Assembly (NCBI GenBank): GCA_963699755.1
Contig: CAVOVB010000001.1
Span: 992,001-1,056,000 of the forward strand
Direction: 5' to 3'
Length of the DNA stretch: 64,000 bases
DNA from: an uncultured delta proteobacterium
Lineage (GTDB): Bacteria > Myxococcota_A > Polyangia > Polyangiales > Houyiibacteriaceae
Numbering within the stretch: position 1 is the first letter of the stretch; every line of letters starts with the position of its first letter. A program made the translations under genes and the position numbers. Shown one piece after another: positions 10,198 through 19,409 of the stretch. A model generated the notes under the pieces. The model was not told where the DNA came from, made no database searches, and saw only the letters and a list, made by a program, of their open reading frames with translations.

Positions 10198-11151
10198 GTG
10201 CTCGAGATTGAGTCCAGCGCTTCTGCTCCGCGCAGCGTATCGGGTGCAACGCGGCTCCTTCTGATATGGATCCTCTCGTTCTCAGCATGTGATCCCAGCG
10301 ATTCCGCCGAAGCACGGGTCGCGGAGACGCAAAGCCCAAAGTCGGCGAGGCACGATGACGCTACGCCTGCGAGGATCGATGCCGAATGGGTGGCTTCCAA
10401 GTTTCAAGCCCCGCCACCGCCGAAGCCTAATGATTGGCTTCGCGAAATCGAAAAAGATCCGATCGCTGCCTTGAAGCAAATGGATCCAGGCGCGCTTCAA
10501 CCTCGTCAGAACCAGTCGCCCAGGTCCTCCGAAACCGGGTCGTTGAGACCCGAGAATCGGGCTCAAAACAATGCGCAGGACCAGCCTGAGAAGCCTCTGG
10601 TCGGCTGGCCGCCAGTGCTCGGTCAGCTCTACCCGAACCTCGTCTTGAAGGACCAAACGGGGCAGATCACCGCGATCGGTGACTTCCAAGGGAAGGTGAT
10701 TCTCTTGGAAGTCGTCGGACTTACTTGCAAGGCCTGCCACGCGTTCGCTGGCGGCAATGAACCCGGCATGAGCCGCTTCCGAGGCGTCGAGCCGCAGCGC
10801 GGGCTCGTCTCGATCGATCGCTTCGCGATGGGTTATGCGGGGCTCTCACTTGAACATCCGGACATCGTCTTCGTTCAACTCGTGCTCTACGGAATGGACG
10901 GCGAAAGTCCGCCTGCCGAAGACGACGTGCGGGCCTGGGCGCGTCACTTCAAGATGGACCGACGCAACAATCAGGTCGTGTTGATCGGCGACCAGCGCTT
11001 CATCAGCCCACAAACCAGGAGGCTGATCCCTGGCTTCCACCTGATCGATCAGAACGGCATCCTTCGCTCGATGAGCAGCAACGACCCGCGCCACGATTCG
11101 CTGCACCGCTCGCTCCTTCCCAAGCTCGCGAGCCTGGTCAAAGGCGAATGA
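10198..11151 (+). CDS. Putative exported/lipoprotein with redoxin (thioredoxin-like) domain
   Basis: Hydrophobic stretch with FSAC; LKDQTG..DFQGKVILLE..CKAC; low-complexity N-terminal linker; start uncertain. Confidence 0.6.
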   Translation: MLEIESSASAPRSVSGATRLLLIWILSFSACDPSDSAEARVAETQSPKSARHDDATPARIDAEWVASKFQAPPPPKPNDWLREIEKDPIAALKQMDPGALQPRQNQSPRSSETGSLRPENRAQNNAQDQPEKPLVGWPPVLGQLYPNLVLKDQTGQITAIGDFQGKVILLEVVGLTCKACHAFAGGNEPGMSRFRGVEPQRGLVSIDRFAMGYAGLSLEHPDIVFVQLVLYGMDGESPPAEDDVRAWARHFKMDRRNNQVVLIGDQRFISPQTRRLIPGFHLIDQNGILRSMSSNDPRHDSLHRSLLPKLASLVKGE

Positions 11152-11154
11152 AGC

Positions 11155-11982
11155 TCAACGACCGGCGGCCTTCTTGATCGCCCCGAGGTCCAGGATGGCA
11201 GCTCCTTCGCCGACGATCGTGGGCTGCTTTCCGTCCCACTTTTCGACCGCCCGCAAGTATACGATTTCAGGGCTAATTGTGTTCCGGAGGAGCTCCTGTG
11301 CCTTCGCCTCGGCTTCCGCTTGGGCAAGCATCGCATTCGCCACACCCCGTGCCTTGGCCTCGGCCTGCTCGGCTTCGACCCTGATGCGCGCGAGGTCGTT
11401 CTTCGCAGTGAGAGCGCGCTGCTCGGCCACCTGTTTGGCTTCCACCGCCGCCTGGTACTCCGGCGCGAATTGGAAGTCCGTAATCGACAGCTCGGTCACC
11501 AGGATGTCGCTCTTGGCCAGCGTGACCTTGATGCTGTCACCCAGGGTCGCCTTCACCTCCTGACGCTTGGTGATCAGCTCTTCGGCGGTGTACTGCGCCG
11601 TCGCCTGTTTGAGCGACTCTTGAAGCGCGGGATCGATGATCGTGTTCTCGACGACCAAACGCGTCCCGATGTTGCGAAACACCTCGACCACCTGCGCAGC
11701 GTCGATTCGGTAGTTCAACGCGATCTTGGTCGACACGACCTGAAGGTCTTTGGACGATGCGGTCGCGCTTGCTTCCATCTTGTGCACGCGCGTCGAGATG
11801 TTGATGATCTGCGTCTTGACCGGTGTTCGGAAGTGGATGCCTTCCTGGAGCGCGATATCCTGGATCTCGCCCCATTTGGTCACGACGCCCAGGTTGCCCG
11901 CGTCGACCTGGGTGCAGCCCGACAGCCCAGCAAAAAATAGTCCTACGACGAGGGTTTTGAGCAATTCTGAATCCACTTTCAT
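11155..11982 (-). CDS. SPFH/prohibitin family membrane protein
   Basis: SSKDLQ, AQYTAEELITKR, AVEAKQVAEQ coil, VEKWDG; possible lipobox LSGC. Confidence 0.9.
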   Translation of the reverse strand: MKVDSELLKTLVVGLFFAGLSGCTQVDAGNLGVVTKWGEIQDIALQEGIHFRTPVKTQIINISTRVHKMEASATASSKDLQVVSTKIALNYRIDAAQVVEVFRNIGTRLVVENTIIDPALQESLKQATAQYTAEELITKRQEVKATLGDSIKVTLAKSDILVTELSITDFQFAPEYQAAVEAKQVAEQRALTAKNDLARIRVEAEQAEAKARGVANAMLAQAEAEAKAQELLRNTISPEIVYLRAVEKWDGKQPTIVGEGAAILDLGAIKKAAGR

Positions 11983-12032
11983 ATGCATTTCCACTTCTAT
12001 AGCGCTCCCGAGCCGATTGTCGCCCCGCTTGG

Positions 12033-12686
12033 TCACCAATCCAAGAGCGCAACGAGGATGCCGGTCGCCACGATCAGCGCGCCCGCCATGCTGTCGCCAT
12101 AGTGTTCGATCCACTCGCCTTTGAACAGTCGCGCGCCAGAGTGGGCCAAGGCAACCAAGGCGACCATCGCGCCAACGGTAGCAACCTCATACGCGACGAC
12201 GATCGACGCCGTCTCCACGCTGGACAGCGGAGCCGCCGCAAACAAGATTGGAATCACGGCGACGCAAGGGTCGGCACAGTAGATCAAGAAGAGCGACCAA
12301 GTCGAGGCGCGTGACGCGTCGTGGACGTGGTCGTAGTGATGATGATGGTGACCGTGGAGCCTGTGGGCGAACGCGCCGCGAAGACCCCAGATCGCATAGG
12401 CGACGCCGAAGCCAATCAAGAGCAAACCCGCAACCGATACCATGCGCTCGCCGAACGACTGAAAGAGCTGCGCCCCGAACATCAGCGCGAGCAAGCCCAG
12501 CAGGACGGACACCGTCACGTGACCGAGCCCGCAGATGAAGGCGACCCGGGCTGCCCTTGCTCTGGACCAGTTTCGCGCCCGGGCCACGGCAGCGATCGGA
12601 ACCCAGTGATCGGGGGCCAAAGAGTGCAATGATCCTATGGTGATGGCCCCGGTGGCCAGGGATAGGAAAAGGCTAGTGCTGCTCAT
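12033..12686 (-). CDS. Nickel/cobalt transporter-like membrane protein (NiCoT/UreH-type motif)
   Basis: LHSLAPDHW motif, GLGH, His-rich loop HRLHGHHHHHYDHVH, about 6 TM segments, downstream of hypB. Confidence 0.8.
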   Translation of the reverse strand: MSSTSLFLSLATGAITIGSLHSLAPDHWVPIAAVARARNWSRARAARVAFICGLGHVTVSVLLGLLALMFGAQLFQSFGERMVSVAGLLLIGFGVAYAIWGLRGAFAHRLHGHHHHHYDHVHDASRASTWSLFLIYCADPCVAVIPILFAAAPLSSVETASIVVAYEVATVGAMVALVALAHSGARLFKGEWIEHYGDSMAGALIVATGILVALLDW

Positions 12687-13431
12687 GCTGCGATCCCTGT
12701 GGGTGCCCGTGATGGTGATGGTGATGCGTTTCCGCCGGCCGGGCCAACGCATCTGGACGTCGCTCTTCCAGCCAGTGCAGCCATGTGTCGATTCCCTCAC
12801 CGGTTTTTGCCGAGACCTTGAGCATCTTGGCTCCTGGCATCACGCGGGCGAGCGCGTCTTCGACTGCGTCGACGTCGAAATCCAAATGCGGAATCAAATC
12901 GACTTTGGTGAGCAACACCAGATCCGCTTTTTGAAACATGACGGGATACTTGAGCGGCTTGTCTTCGCCTTCGGTGACCGAGAGTGTCACCACGTTGGCG
13001 GCTTGGCCGAGATCGTAGATCGCGGGGCAAACCAAGTTGCCGACGTTCTCGATGAAAAAGATGTCGCGGTCGCTCGACGGGAAGTGATGCAGTGCGTGGT
13101 GTACCAGCCGCGCATCGAGATGGCAGGCAGACCCCGTAGTGATCGTAGACGAAACGATGCCCGCAGCATTGAGGCGATCGGCGTCTCGCTCGGTTGCTAG
13201 GTCACCGCTAACCGCGCCTAGCTTGAGGCGGCCCGCTGCCGCCTTGGAGGTAGCCTCCAAAACCGCGGTTTTCCCGGCTCCGGGAGAGCCCATCAGATTG
13301 ATCGCCAACACCCCTAAGCCCTCGAAATGATTCCTATTATGGCCCGCCTGAGCGTCGTTGTCGGAGAGGATTCTCTCCTGCACCTCGATCGGTACGATCT
13401 CCGGGTCACCGCATCCGCAGGTTTCACACAT
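12673..13431 (-). CDS. hypB: Hydrogenase nickel incorporation GTPase HypB
   Basis: N-terminal MCETCGC, GSPGAGKT, CHLDA, ENVGNLVCP, EGEDKPLKYP; C-terminal His tract. Confidence 0.96.
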   Translation of the reverse strand: MCETCGCGDPEIVPIEVQERILSDNDAQAGHNRNHFEGLGVLAINLMGSPGAGKTAVLEATSKAAAGRLKLGAVSGDLATERDADRLNAAGIVSSTITTGSACHLDARLVHHALHHFPSSDRDIFFIENVGNLVCPAIYDLGQAANVVTLSVTEGEDKPLKYPVMFQKADLVLLTKVDLIPHLDFDVDAVEDALARVMPGAKMLKVSAKTGEGIDTWLHWLEERRPDALARPAETHHHHHHGHPQGSQHEQH

Positions 13432-13771
13432 CGGGGGCCTCCATTTCAATTCGTTCCAAGATGATCTCGTCGCCCTGAATCATGCGCGCGGGTCGCCCGC
13501 AGTCATCGCAACGCAGGATCGCTCCGCGCGCAACGCTTCGCTCACACGAGGGACAGGCCCAAGCCGCAGCAACCGTATCGATCGCCAGCTCGGCGCCTTC
13601 ACAAATCGTGCGCTCGCGAAAAGTGTCGAACGCGGTCTTCAAGAGGTCGAGCTCGACTCCAGACAGCTCGCCGATCTTCACGTACAATCTGTGAACCCGC
13701 GAACCTCCGTGCAGGGCAGCTTCTTGTTGCACACGGTCGATCAGAGAAGCGATGATGGAGTACTCGTGCAT
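13424..13771 (-). CDS. hypA: Hydrogenase nickel metallochaperone HypA
   Basis: MHE start, GELSGV, CPSC/CDDC zinc site. Confidence 0.96.
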   Translation of the reverse strand: MHEYSIIASLIDRVQQEAALHGGSRVHRLYVKIGELSGVELDLLKTAFDTFRERTICEGAELAIDTVAAAWACPSCERSVARGAILRCDDCGRPARMIQGDEIILERIEMEAPDV

Positions 13772-13774
13772 CTG

Positions 13775-14617
13775 TCAGTCGCTCTCGAACTCCGGTGAGC
13801 GCTTGTCGAAAAAGGCCGCCAGGCCTTCTGCGAAGTTGGGACCGTTGGCGATTCGCGCGAGCTCCGTCAGCTCAGCATCGAGATGAACGTCGAGACGATC
13901 CATGCCCGCCGCTTGATTGAGAAGGCTCTTTGCGACCCCGACCGCGCCGGTGGGCAAATCGGCGAGCTCCCGAGCGATTCGCGTCGCCTCCGCATCGAGC
14001 GAACTAGCCGGAATGACGCGGTTAATTAGACCCCATTCCAGGGCCTCCCGCGCAGTCAGACGCGGGTTGAGGAGCACCAGCTCGAGCGCTTTCCGAAGGC
14101 CGAGCAGGCGGGGAAGGAAGAAGGTCGAGCTTTCCGCACCCGTGAGCCCAGTTTTGAAGTATGCCCACTCGAACCAGGCGCGCTCCGAAGCAACGACGAG
14201 GTCGCAACTCATCGCAATTCCAAACCCCCCTGCTGCGGCTGGCCCGTCGACCACTGCGATGAACGGTTTCGGGGCGCGCCGAATCTCCGAGATGGTGCTA
14301 TGGATGTACTCGAGAATCTGTTTGAAGATTTCCCCATAGCCTGCGTCTGGCGTGCGGGTCTTTGGCTGCAGGTACCCGAGGTCTTCTCGATCGCCGCCGT
14401 CGCGGATGTACTTCAGGTCGGCGCCACTGCAGAACACGCCGCCCTCGCCTCGAATGACCACCGCGCGCACGTCGCGATCGCGCGCGAGCTGCAGACCTGC
14501 TCTTCGGAAGTCCTGAGCGGTCTCGATGTCGAGCGAGTTCAAACGTTCGCGGCGTGCGATGGTCAGGATGCCTACCGCTCCTTCTCGCTCGACTCGGATA
14601 TGTTTCATTTCGCCCAT
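13775..14617 (-). CDS. Enoyl-CoA hydratase/isomerase (crotonase) fold protein, HypX C-terminal-domain-like
   Basis: FCSGADL oxyanion motif, KPFIAVVDGPAAAGG, AYFKTGLTGAE, EGLAAFFDKRSP; 3-nt gaps to hypE and hypA. Confidence 0.88.
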   Translation of the reverse strand: MGEMKHIRVEREGAVGILTIARRERLNSLDIETAQDFRRAGLQLARDRDVRAVVIRGEGGVFCSGADLKYIRDGGDREDLGYLQPKTRTPDAGYGEIFKQILEYIHSTISEIRRAPKPFIAVVDGPAAAGGFGIAMSCDLVVASERAWFEWAYFKTGLTGAESSTFFLPRLLGLRKALELVLLNPRLTAREALEWGLINRVIPASSLDAEATRIARELADLPTGAVGVAKSLLNQAAGMDRLDVHLDAELTELARIANGPNFAEGLAAFFDKRSPEFESD

Positions 14618-14620
14618 CGC

Positions 14621-15658
14621 TCAGCAGATCCTCGGCAGAAGCTCGCCCTCGGCCTCGGCCAGCAAACGGCTTCCGAAGCCGGTGTCGAGAATCACAAATC
14701 CAGGCCGATCGGCCACGCATTCCCCGATAATTGCCGCGTTTCGGCCCAGCGGGTGCGAGCGAAGGGCGTCGAGCACTCCTGCTGCGACCTCGGGCCCTAG
14801 GCCGAAGATCGCCTTGCCTTCGTTCGCCGAGACGAGGGGGTCGATTCCGAGCAGCTCGCCCACAGCGCGAACCTCATCACGGAGCGGCACGGCGGTCTCG
14901 TCGATGATGATTCCGACGCCGCTCTTCTCGGCCATCTCGTGGAGCGCGCTCGAGAGCCCACCGCGCGTGGGATCCTTGAGAGCAACCACGCCCTCCCCGC
15001 CGACCTCGAGGCCTCGGCGAACCAGTGTGTGGATCGGCGCAACGTCGGACTCGAGCGTCGTCTCCAGCGCGAGCTCGTTGCGCGTTGCCATGATGGCCAG
15101 ACCGTGATCACCCATCGTTCCGGTGACCAGAATCTTGTCGCCCGGTCGCAGGCCGCAGTCCGAAACAAGGCGCGAGGTCAGCGCGACGCCGGTCGTGTTG
15201 AGGACCAAGCCGTCGAGCTCCCCGTGACCCATCACCTTCGTGTCGCCGGTGACGATCGTGGTGCCGGCCTCTTCGCAGGTTGCGCGGATCGACGCCCAAA
15301 TTCGGAGCAGATCCTCTTTTGGGAATCCGTCTTCGATAATCGCTGCGCAGGTCAATGCAAGGGGCTCGGTCGCTCCCATCATCGCGAGATCATTGACGGT
15401 TCCAGAGATCGCCAAGCGTCCGATGTCGCCGCCGGGAAACTCGATGGGCTGCACGACGTGCGAGTCGGTGGCGATGACGAGGTACTGATCGCCGATGCGA
15501 ATCGCCGCCCCGTCGTCCATGGCGCCGAGGCCGATGCCGTCTTCGACCTTACCGAGGCCCTTTGCAAAGACCTGCTCGATCAGCGCGCGCATCGCGCCAC
15601 CGCCGCTTCCGTACTTGAGCGTGATCCGTTCGTCGATGAAGCGGGCGTTGCGCGTCAT
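14621..15658 (-). CDS. hypE: Carbamoyl dehydratase HypE
   Basis: TDSHVV..FPGGDIG, GDTKV, DPTRGG, ANEG, C-terminal PRIC. Confidence 0.96.
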   Translation of the reverse strand: MTRNARFIDERITLKYGSGGGAMRALIEQVFAKGLGKVEDGIGLGAMDDGAAIRIGDQYLVIATDSHVVQPIEFPGGDIGRLAISGTVNDLAMMGATEPLALTCAAIIEDGFPKEDLLRIWASIRATCEEAGTTIVTGDTKVMGHGELDGLVLNTTGVALTSRLVSDCGLRPGDKILVTGTMGDHGLAIMATRNELALETTLESDVAPIHTLVRRGLEVGGEGVVALKDPTRGGLSSALHEMAEKSGVGIIIDETAVPLRDEVRAVGELLGIDPLVSANEGKAIFGLGPEVAAGVLDALRSHPLGRNAAIIGECVADRPGFVILDTGFGSRLLAEAEGELLPRIC

Positions 15659-16803
15659 GCAGCGCCTCGCTTGATCGAACGAAGGTCCGGTCGACCGCCG
15701 TACTGATTCCAGATCTTGCAGGTGCCTTCCGCGCTCACCATGCAGGCGCCGACCGGCGTGTCGGGCGTGCATTCCTTCCCGAACAGTGGACAGTCGGATG
15801 GAGATGCGATCCCGGCCATGATGTCACCACACTGGCACTGCTGAACCAGCTTGGGCGGTGCGTAACTCCAGAGCGCCGACGCGTCGACGGTGAAGCGCTT
15901 TCTCGTGTCGTACTTCGCGAACTCATCGCGCAGGCGGAGGTTCCCGTTCGGGACATGGGCGATGCCCCGCCAGCGACCTCCGGTCGCACGGAACACCTGC
16001 CACAAGAGCTTCTGTGCATGGACGTTCCCTTCCCGAGTCACGCAGCGCGGAAATGCGTTTTCCACCCGGGGCTCACCGCTGTTGATGACCTCCATGAGCT
16101 TCACCAGGCCGGCCAAGACATCGAGTGGCTCAAACCCTGCGATCACCACCGGCAGGCCGTGACGCTCCACGAATTTCTCGAAGACGCCCGAGCCGGTGAT
16201 CGTGGCGGCGTGTCCGGCCGCGAGGAAGCCTTCGATTTTCGTCTCCGGCATTTCGGCCACAATCTCCATCACCGGAGGGATGTACTTGTGTGCCGAGAGC
16301 ACGGAGAAGTTGTCGGGCGGATCGTCGACCAAGACCGCTGCCGTTGCAACCGCGGTCGTCTCGAACCCCGAGGCAAAAAAGACGATGTCTTCGTCGAGCT
16401 CACGCGCGAGCTCGACGGCCTGCGTGACGCTGTACACCACGTCCACCTGTGCACCCTCGGCTTTTGCATCCGCGAGCGATTGAGACGTGCCGGGCACCCG
16501 CAGCATGTCACCGTACGACGCGATTCGCACACCCTGCTTTGCGAGCGCGACAGCTTCGTCGACCTCGGGCACGTCCGTCACGCAGACCGGGCATCCAGGT
16601 CCCATGATCACATGCAAATCCGGAGGAAAAGCGGCACGTAGGCCGAATTTCGCGATCGCCTGCTCATGGCTCCCGCAGACGTGCATCACCGACACCGGCG
16701 CATGATCGGCTTCATGCACCAGGCGATCGAGCGCTTCGCGAAGGCCGCGCGCGCGCGCCGGGTCGCGAAACTTGAGCTGGGCCACCTGGTCACTCGGATT
16801 CAT
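15655..16803 (-). CDS. hypD: Hydrogenase maturation scaffold HypD
   Basis: CGSHE, GPGCPVC, GFETT, GFEP, CMVSAEGTC. Confidence 0.97.
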   Translation of the reverse strand: MNPSDQVAQLKFRDPARARGLREALDRLVHEADHAPVSVMHVCGSHEQAIAKFGLRAAFPPDLHVIMGPGCPVCVTDVPEVDEAVALAKQGVRIASYGDMLRVPGTSQSLADAKAEGAQVDVVYSVTQAVELARELDEDIVFFASGFETTAVATAAVLVDDPPDNFSVLSAHKYIPPVMEIVAEMPETKIEGFLAAGHAATITGSGVFEKFVERHGLPVVIAGFEPLDVLAGLVKLMEVINSGEPRVENAFPRCVTREGNVHAQKLLWQVFRATGGRWRGIAHVPNGNLRLRDEFAKYDTRKRFTVDASALWSYAPPKLVQQCQCGDIMAGIASPSDCPLFGKECTPDTPVGACMVSAEGTCKIWNQYGGRPDLRSIKRGAA

Positions 16804-17113
16804 GAGAGCTTCTCTTCGAGCGATCCGTTGCATCGGGCGCGGCGGCGATCTCTCCACGAACATCTGCCGCCATCAAATCCTGCTCGTCGGCCAAGCGCAG
16901 AAGCTCGTCGTACAAGGCCAAGGTCTCGGCTGCCTCCTCCGGTGGAATCCGCCGAATCGCAAAGCCCACGTGATTCAAGATGAAGTCCCCGGGATCCACC
17001 GGCGCATCACAGACCTCCAGGCGCACTTGTTTCCTCACGCCCCAAAAATCGACGGTCGCGATCTGGTTCTCGCGGTCGACTTCGACCACCTTGCCGGGAA
17101 CACCTAAGCACAT
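16790..17113 (-). CDS. hypC: Hydrogenase chaperone HypC
   Basis: MCLGVPG start, HVGFAI. Confidence 0.96.
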   Translation of the reverse strand: MCLGVPGKVVEVDRENQIATVDFWGVRKQVRLEVCDAPVDPGDFILNHVGFAIRRIPPEEAAETLALYDELLRLADEQDLMAADVRGEIAAAPDATDRSKRSSHESE

Positions 17114-17132
17114 GGAAAAGCTCCTTGGGGCA

Positions 17133-19409
17133 TCAACCTTTGTCTCCCAGAATGGCGTCCGCGATCAAGGCCTGACCGAGGGCGATTCCGCCGTCGCCCG
17201 GTGGAACTTGGCTGTGCCGTAACACCCTGGTTTTATTGGATATTTTTCTCTCAATTCCGGCGGCCAGCCAGGCGTTTTGGAAAACACCGCCCGTCAACGC
17301 CACGGGTAGCTCCCCCCGTTCTGCCAGAAGCGCCTCCAGCAGCGCAACCGTGACCGCCACGAGCGCGTTGTGAAAGCGCGCCGAAACCTGTCCGGTAGGC
17401 AGTTCGGCCCGCAGATCGTCCACAGCAGCACGCACCGTCGGCCGGAGGTCAACCTCCCAGGGTGCGCGCGCTCGGTCGATCTCGAACGGATATGCGTCCA
17501 CGACCGATTCGTCTGCGACCTGGTCCCACGCGATCGCAACCTGACCTTCGTACGTGGCCCGCGTCCGGCCGAGCGCCAGCGCGCCAAAGCCGTCGAAGTA
17601 ACGTCCGACTCCTCGTGCTTGCGGCGCATTGAGCTCGCGTTCGATCATTTGCTTCACCAAGCGAATCGATTTCGGGTCTACGTCGCCCAAGAGCGCAATC
17701 GAGTCCCTCGATGGCGCGCCGTCGTAAGCGTCGTGCAAGAGCGCGTAGCCGATTCTCCAAACCTCGCGCATTGCAAGATCGCCTCCAGCCAAGCGGAGCG
17801 GCCGAAACGTCGCCAAGCGTTCATATCGACGCGCAGAACAAAGCAAAAACTCCCCGCCCCAGGCCGTTCCATCCTCGCCAAAGCCCGTGCCATCGTAGGC
17901 CACGCCGAGGACGGGCCCCTGCAGGCGATGCTCGGCCATCAGGCTCACGACGTGTGCGTGGTGATGCTGAACGCCGACCAGGGTGACATCATCACGCGCG
18001 TTCGCGTAGCGTGTCGACAAGTACCCCGGGTGCAAATCATGTGCAACGACGTCTGGATGGATCGAGAGGATCGTCTGCATTCGCTCGATCGCTTCTTCGA
18101 AAAAATCAAGCGCAGCGACGGTCTCGAGGTCCCCGATGTGCGGTCCGAAGTACGCGGTGTCGCCCATCGCAATGCAAAACGTGTTCTTCAAGTGCGCACC
18201 GCAGGCGAGGATGGGACGCGCCACCCGACGCGATAAATAGAAGGGCCTTGGAACAAAGCCCCGCGACCGGCGCATGATGGTCGGTGTCCCGCCGATCACT
18301 CGGCCTACCGAGTCGTCGCAGCGCATCGCAATCTTTCGATCGTGGAGCAAGATCGCATCCGCAATCCCTTCGAGACGATGCCGGGCTTCGTCGTTTTCGT
18401 AGCAAATGGGCTCGTCGGACGTGTTGGCCGAGGTCATTACGAGAGGCCGCTTCGCGGCCGCGAGAAGCAGGTGGTGGAGTGGGGTATAGGGTAAGAACAG
18501 CCCAACAAGCGAAGTATCGGGGCTGACCTCGCCGGCTAGACCAGCGCCTGGGCGCCTTCGCAGCAGGACCACCGGCCGCTCCGCCGCCGTGAGAAGCGCC
18601 TCTTCCTGGGCACCGATCTCTGCAAGTGCCTGTGCGGCGGCGAGGCTCCCCACCATGACGGCAAATGGCTTCTCGTCACGATGCTTGCGTTCCCTCAGAC
18701 GACGAACAGCTGCTCCGTTGGTTGCATCACATGCGAGATGAAATCCCCCCAAGCCTTTGACCGCCACCACTCCGCCGCGAGACAAGCGCTCCGCTGCGTC
18801 TGCGAGCGCATCGACCTCGGATGCGGGGTGACCATCGAGTCGATCAAAGCTGAGCGTAGGCCCACATCGTGGACAGGCATTGGGCTGTGCGTGAAAGCGT
18901 CGGTCCTCGGCGTCGTTGTACTCCGCCTGGCACGCCTCGCACATGACGAACCCCGACATCGTCGTTGCTGCGCGATCGTACGGAATGCCCGTGGCAATCG
19001 TGAAGCGAGGCCCGCAGGCCGTGCAGTTCGTAAAGGCATATCCAAATCGACGGTCGTGACGATCCAACACCTCCCTCGTGCAGTCGTCGCAGGTCGCGAG
19101 GTCCGGCGGGATGGACAGGGCCTTCTGACCGTCGGCATCGCTCGATACGATCACGAAGGCATCGAGGCGCTCGTCTGGAATCGTCGTCTCCCGGAGCTCT
19201 ACGATCTCTGCTGCGGCCAAGGTATCTCTTCGTAATTCCTCCATAAATCGGCCCAAAACAGCTTTGCTTGCGAAGGCTTCGATCGTCACGCCCCCGGGGT
19301 CGTTTCGCACTCTTCCGACGACGCCCACGCGACGCGCCAGTCGGTAGACCCAGGGCCGAAAACCAACCCCTTGCACGGTCCCTCGAATCTCGATGCGATG
19401 CCCTGGCAT
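17133..19409 (-). CDS. hypF: Carbamoyltransferase HypF
   Basis: GTVQGVGFRP acylphosphatase domain, two zinc fingers, KGLGGFH, QHHHAH, GDGGIALGQ. Confidence 0.97.
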   Translation of the reverse strand: MPGHRIEIRGTVQGVGFRPWVYRLARRVGVVGRVRNDPGGVTIEAFASKAVLGRFMEELRRDTLAAAEIVELRETTIPDERLDAFVIVSSDADGQKALSIPPDLATCDDCTREVLDRHDRRFGYAFTNCTACGPRFTIATGIPYDRAATTMSGFVMCEACQAEYNDAEDRRFHAQPNACPRCGPTLSFDRLDGHPASEVDALADAAERLSRGGVVAVKGLGGFHLACDATNGAAVRRLRERKHRDEKPFAVMVGSLAAAQALAEIGAQEEALLTAAERPVVLLRRRPGAGLAGEVSPDTSLVGLFLPYTPLHHLLLAAAKRPLVMTSANTSDEPICYENDEARHRLEGIADAILLHDRKIAMRCDDSVGRVIGGTPTIMRRSRGFVPRPFYLSRRVARPILACGAHLKNTFCIAMGDTAYFGPHIGDLETVAALDFFEEAIERMQTILSIHPDVVAHDLHPGYLSTRYANARDDVTLVGVQHHHAHVVSLMAEHRLQGPVLGVAYDGTGFGEDGTAWGGEFLLCSARRYERLATFRPLRLAGGDLAMREVWRIGYALLHDAYDGAPSRDSIALLGDVDPKSIRLVKQMIERELNAPQARGVGRYFDGFGALALGRTRATYEGQVAIAWDQVADESVVDAYPFEIDRARAPWEVDLRPTVRAAVDDLRAELPTGQVSARFHNALVAVTVALLEALLAERGELPVALTGGVFQNAWLAAGIERKISNKTRVLRHSQVPPGDGGIALGQALIADAILGDKG

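Noticed and set aside
15601..15630. HypE N-terminal KYGSGG instead of the usual HGxGG
   Set aside because: Single substitution with all other HypE motifs and the terminal PRIC intact; probably natural variation.
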